NCBI RefSeq assembly: GCF_900167395.1
Contig: NZ_FUWK01000027.1
Span: 8,492 to 40,491 of the forward strand
Direction: 5' to 3'
DNA: 32,000 bases
From: Nitrosomonas europaea
GTDB lineage: Bacteria > Pseudomonadota > Gammaproteobacteria > Burkholderiales > Nitrosomonadaceae
Shown: positions 10,010 through 21,775 of the stretch, in pieces
Position numbering within the stretch: the stretch's first letter is position 1
Layout of the letters: the number at the start of each line of letters is the position of its first letter
Program-made: the position numbers and the translations under genes
Notes under the pieces: generated by a model
Database searches by the model: none
Seen by the model: only the letters and a program-made list of their open reading frames with translations
Told to the model about the DNA's origin: nothing

Positions 10010-11587
10010 TTGACGGATTCTCAGGTACTTGCCCGCAAGTGGCGTCCCAAAGATTTTTCGGAGCTGGTCGGACAAGAACATGTTGTCAGAGCGCTGATCA
10101 ACTCGATGGAACAGAACCGGCTGCATCACGCCTATCTGTTTACGGGTACACGCGGAGTCGGCAAAACAACAGTAGCCAGAATACTGGCGAAGGCATTGAA
10201 TTGTGAGCAGGGGGTTACGGCTGCACCTTGCGGGAAATGTGCAGCCTGTATGGCGATCGACCAGGGAAATTTCATTGATCTGATCGAGCTGGATGCAGCC
10301 TCCAATACTCAAGTGGATGCCATGCGGGAACTGCTGGATAATGCGCAATATGCACCGGTTGCCGCACGCTATAAGGTCTATCTGATCGACGAGGTCCACA
10401 TGCTTTCCAGATCGGCATTCAATGCAATGCTTAAAACACTGGAAGAGCCGCCGGAACACGTCAAATTCATTCTTGCAACTACCGATCCCCAGAAGATTCC
10501 CGTGACCGTGTTGTCACGCTGTCTGCAATTCAATCTGAAGCAGATACCTCCTTCCCTGATTGTGGAGCGCCTGACCGAGATTCTTTCCATGGAAGGGATT
10601 CCTGCGGATGCTGCTGGCTTGAGATTGCTGGCACAGGCTGCAAAAGGCAGTCTGCGTGATGCGTTGAGTTTGCTCGATCAGGCTATTGCATTCGGTAATA
10701 GCGTAGTGAATGAATCAGATACCCGTGCGATGCTGGGAGTGCTGGATCAGGATCATATATTTGCATTGCTGGAAGCACTGGCAGAGCAGAATGGCGCAGC
10801 GATATTTGCCATTGCAGATCAGCTGGAAGCAGCAAGTGTATCGTTCGACCAGGCTTTGCAGGATCTGGCAGCGTTGCTTCATCGTCTGGCAACAGCACAG
10901 GTCATCCCACAGATGCTCGATGAAACACAGCCGGACGGTGACAGACTGCTTGCACTGACAAAACGGTTCAGTCCCGAGGATATCCAATTGTTTTATCAGA
11001 TTGTACTGCACGGGCGCACCGATCTCGCCCATGCGCCGGACGAATACAGTGGCTTTACCATGACACTGATGCGGATGCTGGCTTTTATGCCGGATTCCCG
11101 GCAACCTGGCAGAGCCTATGCAGATACCGGTACGGATCACGCGCGTGAAGTGAAAGTTGAAGCACCGTCCTGCCCCCGGGAGGCGAAGCCAGTGTCAGAT
11201 CAATCTCCAAATGAAGCCTGGCTTGCGCTGGTGAACCAGCTCAAACTGAGCGGGATGACGCGAATGCTGGCGCAATACAGTGAGGCAAAATCTTTCTCAG
11301 AAAGCAGAATCGAGTTGTATGTTGCAGAAATGCATAAACATCTGCTGGAAAAATCCTACCAGGACAGATTGAGATCTCAGCTCGAAATTCACTTTGGCAA
11401 ACCAGTCGAAGTGATTTTTTCCCAGGGTAGTATTACTGGTGTGACTTCGGCTGCGCTGCAGGATCGTGACAAACTTGCCAGGCAATCCAAGGCAGTTGAA
11501 GCGATTGAATCAGATCCCTACGTGCAGGAGCTGATCGAACAGTTCGATGCCAGATTAAATGTTTCTTCCATTAAACCGATCGACTAA
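10010..11587 (+). CDS. dnaX: DNA polymerase III subunit gamma/tau
   Basis: 525 aa with a TTG start. [19 protein letters not shown], Walker [10 protein letters not shown], the zinc module [10 protein letters not shown], and the DEVHML and SRC sensor motifs are all present. Confidence 0.96.
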   Translation: MTDSQVLARKWRPKDFSELVGQEHVVRALINSMEQNRLHHAYLFTGTRGVGKTTVARILAKALNCEQGVTAAPCGKCAACMAIDQGNFIDLIELDAASNTQVDAMRELLDNAQYAPVAARYKVYLIDEVHMLSRSAFNAMLKTLEEPPEHVKFILATTDPQKIPVTVLSRCLQFNLKQIPPSLIVERLTEILSMEGIPADAAGLRLLAQAAKGSLRDALSLLDQAIAFGNSVVNESDTRAMLGVLDQDHIFALLEALAEQNGAAIFAIADQLEAASVSFDQALQDLAALLHRLATAQVIPQMLDETQPDGDRLLALTKRFSPEDIQLFYQIVLHGRTDLAHAPDEYSGFTMTLMRMLAFMPDSRQPGRAYADTGTDHAREVKVEAPSCPREAKPVSDQSPNEAWLALVNQLKLSGMTRMLAQYSEAKSFSESRIELYVAEMHKHLLEKSYQDRLRSQLEIHFGKPVEVIFSQGSITGVTSAALQDRDKLARQSKAVEAIESDPYVQELIEQFDARLNVSSIKPID

Positions 11588-11603
11588 CGGAGATTTTAAA
11601 TTG

Positions 11604-11927
11604 ATGAAAGCCAATTTGGGTAATCTGATGAAGCAGGCCCAGCAAATGCAGGAAAATATGAAGGCCATGCAGGAAAAGCTGGCGGCGATAGAGGTAGAAG
11701 GTCAGGCGGGAGCAGGGATGGTCAAAGTGACCATGACCTGTCGCTATGATGTGAAACGGGTCAATATCGACAGCAGCCTGATCGGTGATGACAAGGAAAT
11801 GCTGGAGGATCTGGTGGCCGCTGCCGTGAATGATGCGGTGCGCCGAGTGGAAACCGTAACACAGGAAAAAATGGCGAGTGTGGCCGGCGGTTTGGGATTA
11901 CCCGCGGGAATGAAATTCCCTTTCTGA
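11604..11927 (+). CDS. ybaB: Nucleoid-associated protein YbaB/EbfC
   Basis: ATG 11604 gives [27 protein letters not shown]...GMKFPF, the canonical YbaB sequence. The track ORF's upstream start at 11559 overlaps the dnaX end. Confidence 0.92.
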   Translation: MKANLGNLMKQAQQMQENMKAMQEKLAAIEVEGQAGAGMVKVTMTCRYDVKRVNIDSSLIGDDKEMLEDLVAAAVNDAVRRVETVTQEKMASVAGGLGLPAGMKFPF

Positions 11928-11982
11928 ACTAAATCTGGTCACGTATTCCTGACGGGCCGGCTCAAACACAGGATTTATCGTC

Positions 11983-12835
11983 ATGTCGGCTGATCGGCTG
12001 AAGAACCAGAAACCCCGGCGCATACGCAAAGCATCTCCCGCCTCGAAACAATCCGGTGCTGCGCCTGCTGCTATTGAAACCAGCAGATTGCAAAAGCTGC
12101 TGGCACGTAACGGACTGGGTTCACGTCGGGAAATCGAAGACATGATCGCTGCCGGGCGCGTGAGTATCAATGGAGTGACGGCCAAACCCGGTGATCGTGC
12201 CGGACCTGGTGACATGATACGGATAGACGGAAAAATTATCCGGTTCAGGCTCGCCGCGCTTTTACCACGAGTCATCATTTATCATAAGCCGGAAGGCGAG
12301 ATCGTCAGTGTGCGTGACCCGCAGGGACGGCCATCGGTATTTGACAAACTGCCGCACATACGATCTTCAAAATGGATAGCGATAGGCAGGCTGGATTTCA
12401 ATACCAGCGGGCTGCTGATTTTTACGACGGATGGTACCCTGGCCAATCACCTGATGCATCCGCGTTACCAGATGGAGCGGGAGTACGCAGTACGTATCGT
12501 TGGCGAACTGACCCCGGAACAGATTACTCGCCTCACTACCGGTATCGAACTGGAAGATGGTCTGGCAAAATTCGATCAGTTGCTCGATGAAGGCGGAACG
12601 GGAACGAATCACTGGTATCGCATCATGCTGAAAGAAGGCAGAAACCGTGAAGTACGTCGGATGTTCGAAGCACTGGGATTGACGGTCAGCCGCCTGATTC
12701 GTGTCAGGTTTGGTCCTGTCAATCTGCCACCCCGACTCAAGCGCGGTATGTGGATTGAGCTGATGGATATAGAAGTGGAGCAGTTATTGAAGCTGGTCAG
12801 TCAGCCGGGTGCCGGAATTCCGGATAAACCTCCTT

Positions 12836-12861
<26 letters not shown>
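11983..12861 (+). CDS. rluB: 23S rRNA pseudouridine synthase, RluB/RsuA family
   Basis: 292 aa. It has an S4 domain (RLQKLLARNGLGSRREIEDMIAAGRVSINGV), the catalytic GRLDFNTSGLLIFTTDG motif, and a basic tail. Confidence 0.88.
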
Positions 12862-14803
<1,942 letters not shown>

Positions 14804-14870
14804 AGTCTGGAGAGAAGCAGGTAACCGGAAGAGCAATATTGACATCAATAGCCTGGCGGGGGAATACAAA

Positions 14871-16481
14871 ATGAAGCCGTTGCGAGGTAAAGCATTACTG
14901 AATGATCCTGTACAAAATAAATCCACTGCTTTCACCCGGGAGGAACGCGAACGCTATGGTTTGCAGGGATTGCTGCCATATAGTGTGACGGATATCGGGA
15001 AACAGCAGCAGCGGGTACTGGCCAATCTGCGCAGTAAGAACAGCAATATCGAGAAGTACGGATATTTGAACGACCTGCTCGAACGGAACCAGCGGCTGTT
15101 TTATCGCACGCTGATCGACTATATTGGTGAAATCATGCCCCTGGTCTATACGCCCACCGTAGGTGAAGCTTGCATGAAGTTCACACAGATTTTCAGAAAA
15201 CCGCAGGGGTTTTACATTACTCCGGAAGATCGGGGAAAAATCCTGCCTTTGTTTGAGAACTGGCCGGAGAATGATGTGCGGATCATCGTCGTCACCGATG
15301 GAGAGCGCATCCTCGGGCTTGGAGATCTGGGCGCAAACGGTATGGGAATACCGATCGGGAAAATGGCTTTGTATGTGGCTTGCGCCGGCATTCGTCCCGA
15401 GTACTGTATGCCGGTCATGCTGGATGTGGGTACCAGTAATCAGATACTGCGGGAAGATCCACTGTATCTGGGTTACCCGCGTCCGCGGCTGACTGGTCAG
15501 GATTATCTGTCACTGGTGGAGGAATTCGTGGCGGCCGTACAGAATAAATTTCCGCAGGCATTGATCCAGTTCGAGGATTTCAGCAGTCAGAATGCATTCA
15601 GATTGCTGGATCGTTATGCCGGGTCGGTTCGATGTTTCAATGACGATATTCAGGGAACGGCTGCGGTTACGCTGGCGGGTATTTATGCTTCCTGCCGGAT
15701 TACGCACAAACCATTTGTTGATCTGAAAATCATGCTGCTGGGAACGGGTTCGGCCGCAACCGGTGTCGCTGAACTGTTGTTGTCAGCATTCATGATGGCT
15801 GGATTGAGTGAAGCTGAAGCTCGTTCCAGAATCAGTTTCGTGGACAGGCAGGGCCTGGTGGTGACTGTTCGGGAAGAGATCAAGCCGCGTGTCCGATCCT
15901 TTGCCAGTGAACATGCCGCAATGGATTTCGTGGGTGCAATTACCGCTATCCGGCCGGACGTACTGATCGGTGCAACGGGAACTGCAGGCGCATTCGATGA
16001 GATCGCGATTCGTCAAATGGCACGATGTCAGGAACATCCGGTGATCATCGCACTTTCCAATCCAACCTCACATACGGAATGTACTGCTGACCAGGCGTAC
16101 CGGTGGAGTGATGGACGCGCTGTTTTTGCAAGTGGCAGTCCATTTGCTCCGGTCACGCTGGATGGACGAACCCGTTACCCGGCGCAGGGAAATAATGTGT
16201 ATATCTACCCTGGAATCGGGCTGGGGATGGTGGCCAGCCATGCACGTCTGGTCGTTGAGCATATGTTTCTGGCCACGGCCGAAGAACTGGCGAATTGTGT
16301 GTTACCTGAAGAAATCGAACGTGGATCGATTTATCCGGAGATTGCCCGGGTACGCGATGTTTCACAAAAGATCGCCGTCAAGGTTTGTCAGGTGGCCCGT
16401 CAGGAGGGACTGGCCGGCGTGGATCTACCTGATGACCTGGAAACGTATGTGTACACCCTGATGTATGAGCCTGGTTATTGA
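14871..16481 (+). CDS. maeA: NAD(P)-dependent malic enzyme
   Basis: ATG 14871 gives MKPLRGKALLNDPVQNKSTAFTREERERYGLQGLLP. Downstream are VVTDGERILGLGDLG, FNDDIQGTAAV and the GTGSAATG Rossmann motif. The track start at 14613 overlaps the preceding gene. Confidence 0.93.
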   Translation: MKPLRGKALLNDPVQNKSTAFTREERERYGLQGLLPYSVTDIGKQQQRVLANLRSKNSNIEKYGYLNDLLERNQRLFYRTLIDYIGEIMPLVYTPTVGEACMKFTQIFRKPQGFYITPEDRGKILPLFENWPENDVRIIVVTDGERILGLGDLGANGMGIPIGKMALYVACAGIRPEYCMPVMLDVGTSNQILREDPLYLGYPRPRLTGQDYLSLVEEFVAAVQNKFPQALIQFEDFSSQNAFRLLDRYAGSVRCFNDDIQGTAAVTLAGIYASCRITHKPFVDLKIMLLGTGSAATGVAELLLSAFMMAGLSEAEARSRISFVDRQGLVVTVREEIKPRVRSFASEHAAMDFVGAITAIRPDVLIGATGTAGAFDEIAIRQMARCQEHPVIIALSNPTSHTECTADQAYRWSDGRAVFASGSPFAPVTLDGRTRYPAQGNNVYIYPGIGLGMVASHARLVVEHMFLATAEELANCVLPEEIERGSIYPEIARVRDVSQKIAVKVCQVARQEGLAGVDLPDDLETYVYTLMYEPGY

Positions 16482-16484
16482 AAC

Positions 16485-16519
16485 CGTCCGCCCCGGATCA
16501 CAGCCGCAACAGGGGGACG
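16485..16519. terminator. Weak hairpin between convergent maeA and serB
   Basis: CGTCC(G)CCC (16485-16493) pairs with GGGGGACG (16512-16519), 8 bp with one bulge and an 18-nt loop (16494-16511). There is no clear U-tract on either side. Confidence 0.25.
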
Positions 16520-16525
16520 ATCAGA

Positions 16526-17356
16526 TTATTCGAACAGATTGACGATACCGTCGAGTCCGACATGGTTGAGGGAAAAAGTCGCTTTTTCCCTCAATATGGG
16601 TTTTGCATGGAAGGCGATACCGACGCCTGATTCCTCCAGCATCTTCAGATCGTTGGCACCATCCCCGACAGCAATGACCTGCTCTTTACTCAGTCCGAGT
16701 TCATCCCGTATCCGTTTCAGGATTTCTCCTTTGCCGGATGCGCCGATGATATTACCCAGCACGCGCCCGGTCAGCTTGCCATCCTGCACTTCGAAAGTAT
16801 TGGCAAATGCATAATCCAGATTGAGGCGGTCTTTGACCCGATCGGTGAAAAAGGTGTAGCCGCCCGAAATCACCATGGTTTTGATACCTGCAGACTGCAT
16901 ACGCTGGAGCATTTTCTCAGCACCGCGGTTCAGTCGGACACGTTCATCATAAACTTTCTGCAGCGCCTCTTGTGGAAGCCCTTCGAGCAGGGCGGTGCGG
17001 CGGGTGAGGCTTTCAGCGAAGCTGATTTCCCCGCGCATGGTGCTTTGAGTAATGGCAGAAACTTGCGGTTTGACATTGTGCATGTCAGCAATTTCATCAA
17101 TGGATTCGATGGCGAGCAATGTCGAATCCATATCCATGGCGATCAGACCGAAATCAGTCAGTTTCTTGCCTGATGGGACGAAGGCATGATCCAGACTGGC
17201 TTCTTCGCAGTATTCCGTTATATCCGGATGGGGTTGAGCATCCAGCAGTCGGAAGGCTTCTCCGGTGATACGATCGATCCGGCTGGCTTCCGCAAGTTTG
17301 GCAATGGCACGTAAATCGTTATTCTGAACGTCGTTTCCTTGAATGATGAGGTTCAT
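16526..17356 (-). CDS. serB: Phosphoserine phosphatase SerB
   Basis: 276 aa HAD hydrolase with DMDSTL (DxDxT), the SGG motif and GDGANDL. An N-terminal ACT-like extension is present, as in SerB. Confidence 0.88.
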   Translation of the reverse strand: MNLIIQGNDVQNNDLRAIAKLAEASRIDRITGEAFRLLDAQPHPDITEYCEEASLDHAFVPSGKKLTDFGLIAMDMDSTLLAIESIDEIADMHNVKPQVSAITQSTMRGEISFAESLTRRTALLEGLPQEALQKVYDERVRLNRGAEKMLQRMQSAGIKTMVISGGYTFFTDRVKDRLNLDYAFANTFEVQDGKLTGRVLGNIIGASGKGEILKRIRDELGLSKEQVIAVGDGANDLKMLEESGVGIAFHAKPILREKATFSLNHVGLDGIVNLFE

Positions 17357-17442
17357 GAGAATTATTTTATTTTAAGTAAGTGACGGAGCAGGCACTATAC
17401 ATGGAATGTTGTGCCGTATAAATGCTGTGCGGACAGGTGTGA

Positions 17443-18918
17443 TCAGCTTTTCAAAAGTGATGTAAGCGACGGGTTCCATTCAGCGATCCGGTTGCGGCCG
17501 GCATGTTTGGCGGCATACAACGCCCGATCTGCAGCTTCCAGCATTTCTCTGTGAGTCGAGAACGATTTTTCCTTGTCCATGTTGACGGCCAGGCCGATGG
17601 AAGTCGTGATGCGAATGGTATTCACCTCGTTTGGCTTGTAGGCAATGGCTGCAATACTTTCCATTATCCTGGTAAGGGTGTGACGCGCAGCCGAAAGTGT
17701 AGTACCTGGCAGAATCAGGGCAAACTCATCGCCACCATACCGGCAAAGAATATCTGTTTGGCGGATCTGCTCGGTAATGGCTCTGGCAATCGTAACCAGT
17801 ACGCCATCCCCTGCAACATGTCCGTAAGTATCGTTAAAGGTCTTGTAATTGTCGATATCGATCATTGCCAGAGAAAGCGGTGATCCCTGCTGAATCGAAA
17901 GCTGAAATTCATTCTGGAATGTTTCGTCGAAGAAAGCCCGGTTGTGTGCGCCTGTCAAACCATCATGCCGGATTTTATCTCCAAGTTCGCGAACCTTGAT
18001 GGTGGCGTGCACTATCAGTAATTCCCTGGCTTCGGTAACGATGCTGCTGAGATGAGCCGGGTTCAGAATGGTGATTTCGAACAGATCCTCTACATGCTGC
18101 AACTCATTCTGCATGGCCTCGAGAACTTCTATCAATGCATGTTCGTCGAGGCCGAGATAAGCTTCTGCTATGCGGGTTACTTCACCAATTTTCTCTTTTC
18201 TGTCCTGTGAAAGAAAATAATCCGTAACGTATCCGGAGGTGGCGACACATTCGTTGATCCCGGCATTGGGTTTTCCTGGTGCGGTATGGCTGTAGCGGCA
18301 GGCAGCAGGTACATAACCGGGAAACTTCCAGTATTCGAGCAATGCGGCACCCAGTTCATCATGCCCTACGCCGAATGTTTCGCGTTCAGCCGCAAGGAGG
18401 GCATTATGATTGTCTGCAAGTGAAAAAACTGAAGGATAGTCTTCGGGCAGAAGTGCATGGAAAGCGAGAATCCCGATATCCTGCAGTAATCCCGCGAGGA
18501 ACAGATCATCCAGCATCCTGCTCATTCCCAGGCGTTCACCCAGAGCGCGACTGGCCAGTGCCGAGGTGATCGAACGACGCCAGAAGATGTTGCTGCCGGC
18601 CATACCCAGTTTTTTCCCGGATTGTTTTACCAGAGAATCAGCCAGCGAGAAGGACAATGCTATCGTAGTCACACCGTATGTTCCCAGAATACCGGTCGCC
18701 TGACTGATGTTGCTGACTGGATACCTGGATTTATACAGTGGAGAGTTGGCGGTTTTGATAATTTTGGCGGCAAGTGCAGGATCAAGCGAGATATAATGGT
18801 TTATCTGCGTAAGACTGGTGTCTGCATTACCTGCCAGATCAATGATTTTCAGCACAATAGAAGGCAAACTGGGCAGGTTTGTACAAAACCGCAATTGTTC
18901 GAGTAAGTTTTCTTTCAT
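17443..18918 (-). CDS. HDOD domain - GGDEF diguanylate cyclase
   Basis: 491 aa. The N-terminal HDOD domain shows LPSLPSIVLKIIDL...DPALAAKIIKTANSPLY. The C-terminal part has an intact GGDEF and an RxxD I-site (RQTD) five residues upstream. Confidence 0.88.
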   Translation of the reverse strand: MKENLLEQLRFCTNLPSLPSIVLKIIDLAGNADTSLTQINHYISLDPALAAKIIKTANSPLYKSRYPVSNISQATGILGTYGVTTIALSFSLADSLVKQSGKKLGMAGSNIFWRRSITSALASRALGERLGMSRMLDDLFLAGLLQDIGILAFHALLPEDYPSVFSLADNHNALLAAERETFGVGHDELGAALLEYWKFPGYVPAACRYSHTAPGKPNAGINECVATSGYVTDYFLSQDRKEKIGEVTRIAEAYLGLDEHALIEVLEAMQNELQHVEDLFEITILNPAHLSSIVTEARELLIVHATIKVRELGDKIRHDGLTGAHNRAFFDETFQNEFQLSIQQGSPLSLAMIDIDNYKTFNDTYGHVAGDGVLVTIARAITEQIRQTDILCRYGGDEFALILPGTTLSAARHTLTRIMESIAAIAYKPNEVNTIRITTSIGLAVNMDKEKSFSTHREMLEAADRALYAAKHAGRNRIAEWNPSLTSLLKS

Positions 18919-19021
18919 ACATCCTTCTCAGGTGGTGAACAGATAGCGTGCTTATTCATTCTGGATTTCCGAGAACAGTCATTCTACCCGATATAATTCC
19001 ATGAAAACACTGGAGAAGGGC

Positions 19022-19093
19022 TATTAATCAAACTCATTTGTGTTGAATGTCGTGAACTATTAATTAAACCTATTTGTGTCGAATGTCGCAAGC
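19022..19093. repeat. Two tandem 36-bp direct repeats in the divergent GGDEF/pepA intergenic region
   Basis: 19022-19057 TATTAATCAAACTCATTTGTGTTGAATGTCGTGAAC and 19058-19093 TATTAATTAAACCTATTTGTGTCGAATGTCGCAAGC. By hand alignment 29 of 36 positions are identical, head to tail with no spacer. Confidence 0.85.
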
Positions 19094-19208
19094 AGGATTC
19101 CGGAATATGGCAGGAAGTTCAGTTTTTGATTTGGAAGCAGAAGTATGGCCATAGTCCGATCGGTAGCCATTATCAAAAATAAACAAATAAAACAGGAGTA
19201 ATAAAACC

Positions 19209-20702
19209 GTGGACTTCGCAATCAGATCCGATAATCCGGAAAAATACCGTGGCGACTGTATTGTCGTCGGGGTGTTCGAATCTCGTAAACTGACTGAAGC
19301 AGCCAGAGTGCTGGATGAAGCTGGCAAAGGCCATCTTGGCAGGATCGTGGATCAGGGGGATATGGATGGCAGGGCAAACACGACACTGTTATTGCACGGT
19401 ATTTCCGGCATCGACAGTAAGCGTGTATTACTGATCGGGCTGGGTAAAGAAGAGGAATTCGGGGAAAAAGTATTTCTGGATGTTGTTCGTACAACATTCA
19501 AAGCGCTGCAGCCGACTGGCGCGAAGGATGTCGGCTTGTATCTGACCGAACTTACCGTAAAAGGAAGAGATGTTGCCTGGAACGTGTTGCAGACGGTGAT
19601 CCTGGCCGAAGAAAGTGCATATCGCTTCGATCGTCTCAAGAGCAAGCCCGAGGGGCGCCAGCCCTCCCTGGCCAAGGTAGATATTGGCATCACCGACACA
19701 TCCACAGCAGCAGCGGTAGAAACGGCATTGCAGCAGGGGCTGGCCATTGCACACGGCATGAAAGTGACCAAGGATCTGGGCAATCTTGCTCCCAATATCT
19801 GCACACCTTCCTATCTGGCCGGACAGGCTGAAGAAATGGCCAGAACGTTCAATCTCAAATTCTCCGTACTGGAAGAAAAAGACATGGAAGAACTGGGCAT
19901 GGGTGCATTACTGGCCGTAGCACGTGGTAGCCACCAGCCGGCCAAGCTGATTGTGTTGGAATATCATGGTGGAAAAGATTCGGAAAAACCGGTTGCCCTG
20001 GTCGGCAAAGGTGTAACGTTCGATGCGGGTGGTATTTCACTGAAACCGGCTGCCGAAATGGACGAAATGAAATACGATATGGGTGGCGCTGCAAGTGTAT
20101 TCGGTACGCTGACAGCCGTTGCAGAGCTGAAGTTGCCGATCAATGTGATCGGTGTTATCCCGACCACTGAAAATCTGCCAGGAGGTAATGCGACCAAACC
20201 GGGTGATGTCGTTACCAGCCTTTCCGGTCAGACGATCGAAATACTCAATACCGATGCGGAAGGACGGTTGATTTTATGTGATGCTCTGGCTTACACGGAA
20301 CGTTACGATCCGGAAGTCGTGGTGGACATCGCAACGCTTACCGGTGCTTGTGTGGTTGCTCTGGGCCATGTGGTATCCGGAGTGATGGGTAACGATGAGC
20401 CGCTCGTACAGGAGCTGCTTCAGGCAGGTGAGCAAACTTATGATCGTGCCTGGCATCTGCCGCTGTTCGATGAATACCAGGAACAGCTCAAGAGTAATTT
20501 TGCCGACACTGCCAATATTGGCAGCCGCTGGGGAGGTGCTATCACCGCTGCGTGTTTCCTGTCACGGTTTACCAAGAAATTTCGCTGGGCACACTTGGAT
20601 ATTGCCGGTACAGCCTGGAAATCCGGCAAGGAAAAAGGGGCCACCGGGCGTCCGGTTCCATTGCTGACGCAGTTCCTGATCAGCCGTGCAAACAAACATT
20701 AA
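19209..20702 (+). CDS. pepA: Leucyl aminopeptidase (M17)
   Basis: 497 aa with a GTG start. Contains VGKGVTFDAGGISLKP and the NTDAEGRL metal-site motif. Confidence 0.95.
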   Translation: MDFAIRSDNPEKYRGDCIVVGVFESRKLTEAARVLDEAGKGHLGRIVDQGDMDGRANTTLLLHGISGIDSKRVLLIGLGKEEEFGEKVFLDVVRTTFKALQPTGAKDVGLYLTELTVKGRDVAWNVLQTVILAEESAYRFDRLKSKPEGRQPSLAKVDIGITDTSTAAAVETALQQGLAIAHGMKVTKDLGNLAPNICTPSYLAGQAEEMARTFNLKFSVLEEKDMEELGMGALLAVARGSHQPAKLIVLEYHGGKDSEKPVALVGKGVTFDAGGISLKPAAEMDEMKYDMGGAASVFGTLTAVAELKLPINVIGVIPTTENLPGGNATKPGDVVTSLSGQTIEILNTDAEGRLILCDALAYTERYDPEVVVDIATLTGACVVALGHVVSGVMGNDEPLVQELLQAGEQTYDRAWHLPLFDEYQEQLKSNFADTANIGSRWGGAITAACFLSRFTKKFRWAHLDIAGTAWKSGKEKGATGRPVPLLTQFLISRANKH

Positions 20703-20727
20703 GGAACATTAACTTCTCAAAGCTGAT

Positions 20728-21156
20728 GTGACACAGATTGATTTTTACACTGGGGCAGCAGACAGATTGCTGATAGCCTGTCGCCTGTGTGCAAAAGCGG
20801 TGCAGCAGGGGTTGAAAACCGTCGTCTATGTTCCGGATGAGCGTCTGGCAGGCCAGTTTGATAAGTTACTCTGGACGTTTACACCCACCGGCTTCGTGCC
20901 GCATTGCCGGGTGGATAACAAGCTGGCAGATGTGACGCCCGTAATAATGAACAGTCGGCCCGTATTGATGGAAGCCGGCTGTTTTGGTGTATTACTCAAT
21001 CTGGATGCGGATGTTCCGCCAGGATTTGAACAGTTTCCACGCGTGGTGGAAATTGTTGATGAAGCAGAGGATGGTAAACTGCAGGCGCGCAAACGTTACC
21101 GGCACTACCAGGAACAGGGACACGATGTTCGCCATCACCGGCTCGATGGAAATTGA
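20728..21156 (+). CDS. holC: DNA polymerase III chi subunit
   Basis: 142 aa with a GTG start (TQIDFY...RLLIACRLCAKA..QG). The pepA-holC-valS synteny is the same as in E. coli. Confidence 0.8.
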   Translation: MTQIDFYTGAADRLLIACRLCAKAVQQGLKTVVYVPDERLAGQFDKLLWTFTPTGFVPHCRVDNKLADVTPVIMNSRPVLMEAGCFGVLLNLDADVPPGFEQFPRVVEIVDEAEDGKLQARKRYRHYQEQGHDVRHHRLDGN

Positions 21157-21228
21157 TGGGTTTTCTGGCGATATAAGAATGGTTCATATCTCGGATTTTG
21201 CATTTTTTATCCGTCGAGGAGCAATCTG

Positions 21229-21639
21229 GTGACTGACGATCAGCCTGATCTTTCTGCAGAACCGGAAGAAGATGAACTTCTGCTGGGTAAAGTGGATTCG
21301 ATGTTGCACCGGCATCGGCGCGAACAGTCTTCCCTCATGCAATCGTCGGAACAGACTGTTGCAAAGCTGGATGATCCTGGGGAAATGCTGCCTGCCGAAG
21401 TCGGACCTGTTGAAGTACCTCAGAATGATGAGAGTGTATCGTCCGAGGTCGACGGGATTCCCGTTCTGACTGAGCAGGTGACGCTCGTGCTGGACGAATG
21501 GCCCTCCCAGTCAGAAATCTCCGAGCTGCTGTATTTTGCCTTTGATGCAGCATTGAGAGAAACCTCCATCCATCTTGATCCTGCTGAGCGGCTTACCCTG
21601 ATACAAGCATTGGGAAAACGGCTACCCAAGAATCTTTAA
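21229..21639 (+). CDS. Hypothetical acidic protein
   Basis: 136 aa ORF with a GTG start. The first 90 residues are strongly acidic (D/E-rich) and low-complexity, and the tail looks more ordered. I recognise no family. Confidence 0.45.
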   Translation: MTDDQPDLSAEPEEDELLLGKVDSMLHRHRREQSSLMQSSEQTVAKLDDPGEMLPAEVGPVEVPQNDESVSSEVDGIPVLTEQVTLVLDEWPSQSEISELLYFAFDAALRETSIHLDPAERLTLIQALGKRLPKNL

Positions 21640-21775
21640 GCCATTCATTCTGCCTTCATTGGTTATAATGACCGGTTTTATTCTACCGGTTCGCCTTAGG
21701 AAATTCTGAGAGACAACTGCCTTCTACATCTTGTCTGGCGCTTTTTTTCAGCATTTCCTCAATTACCTGATCATC

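Noticed and set aside
11411-11423. T-run (GTGATTTTTTCCC) in dnaX as a programmed -1 frameshift site for the gamma subunit
   Set aside because: It lies at codon 468 of 525, too near the C-terminus to produce gamma. It does not fit the X XXY YYZ pattern in the zero frame, and no A AAA AAG-type site was seen in the expected region.
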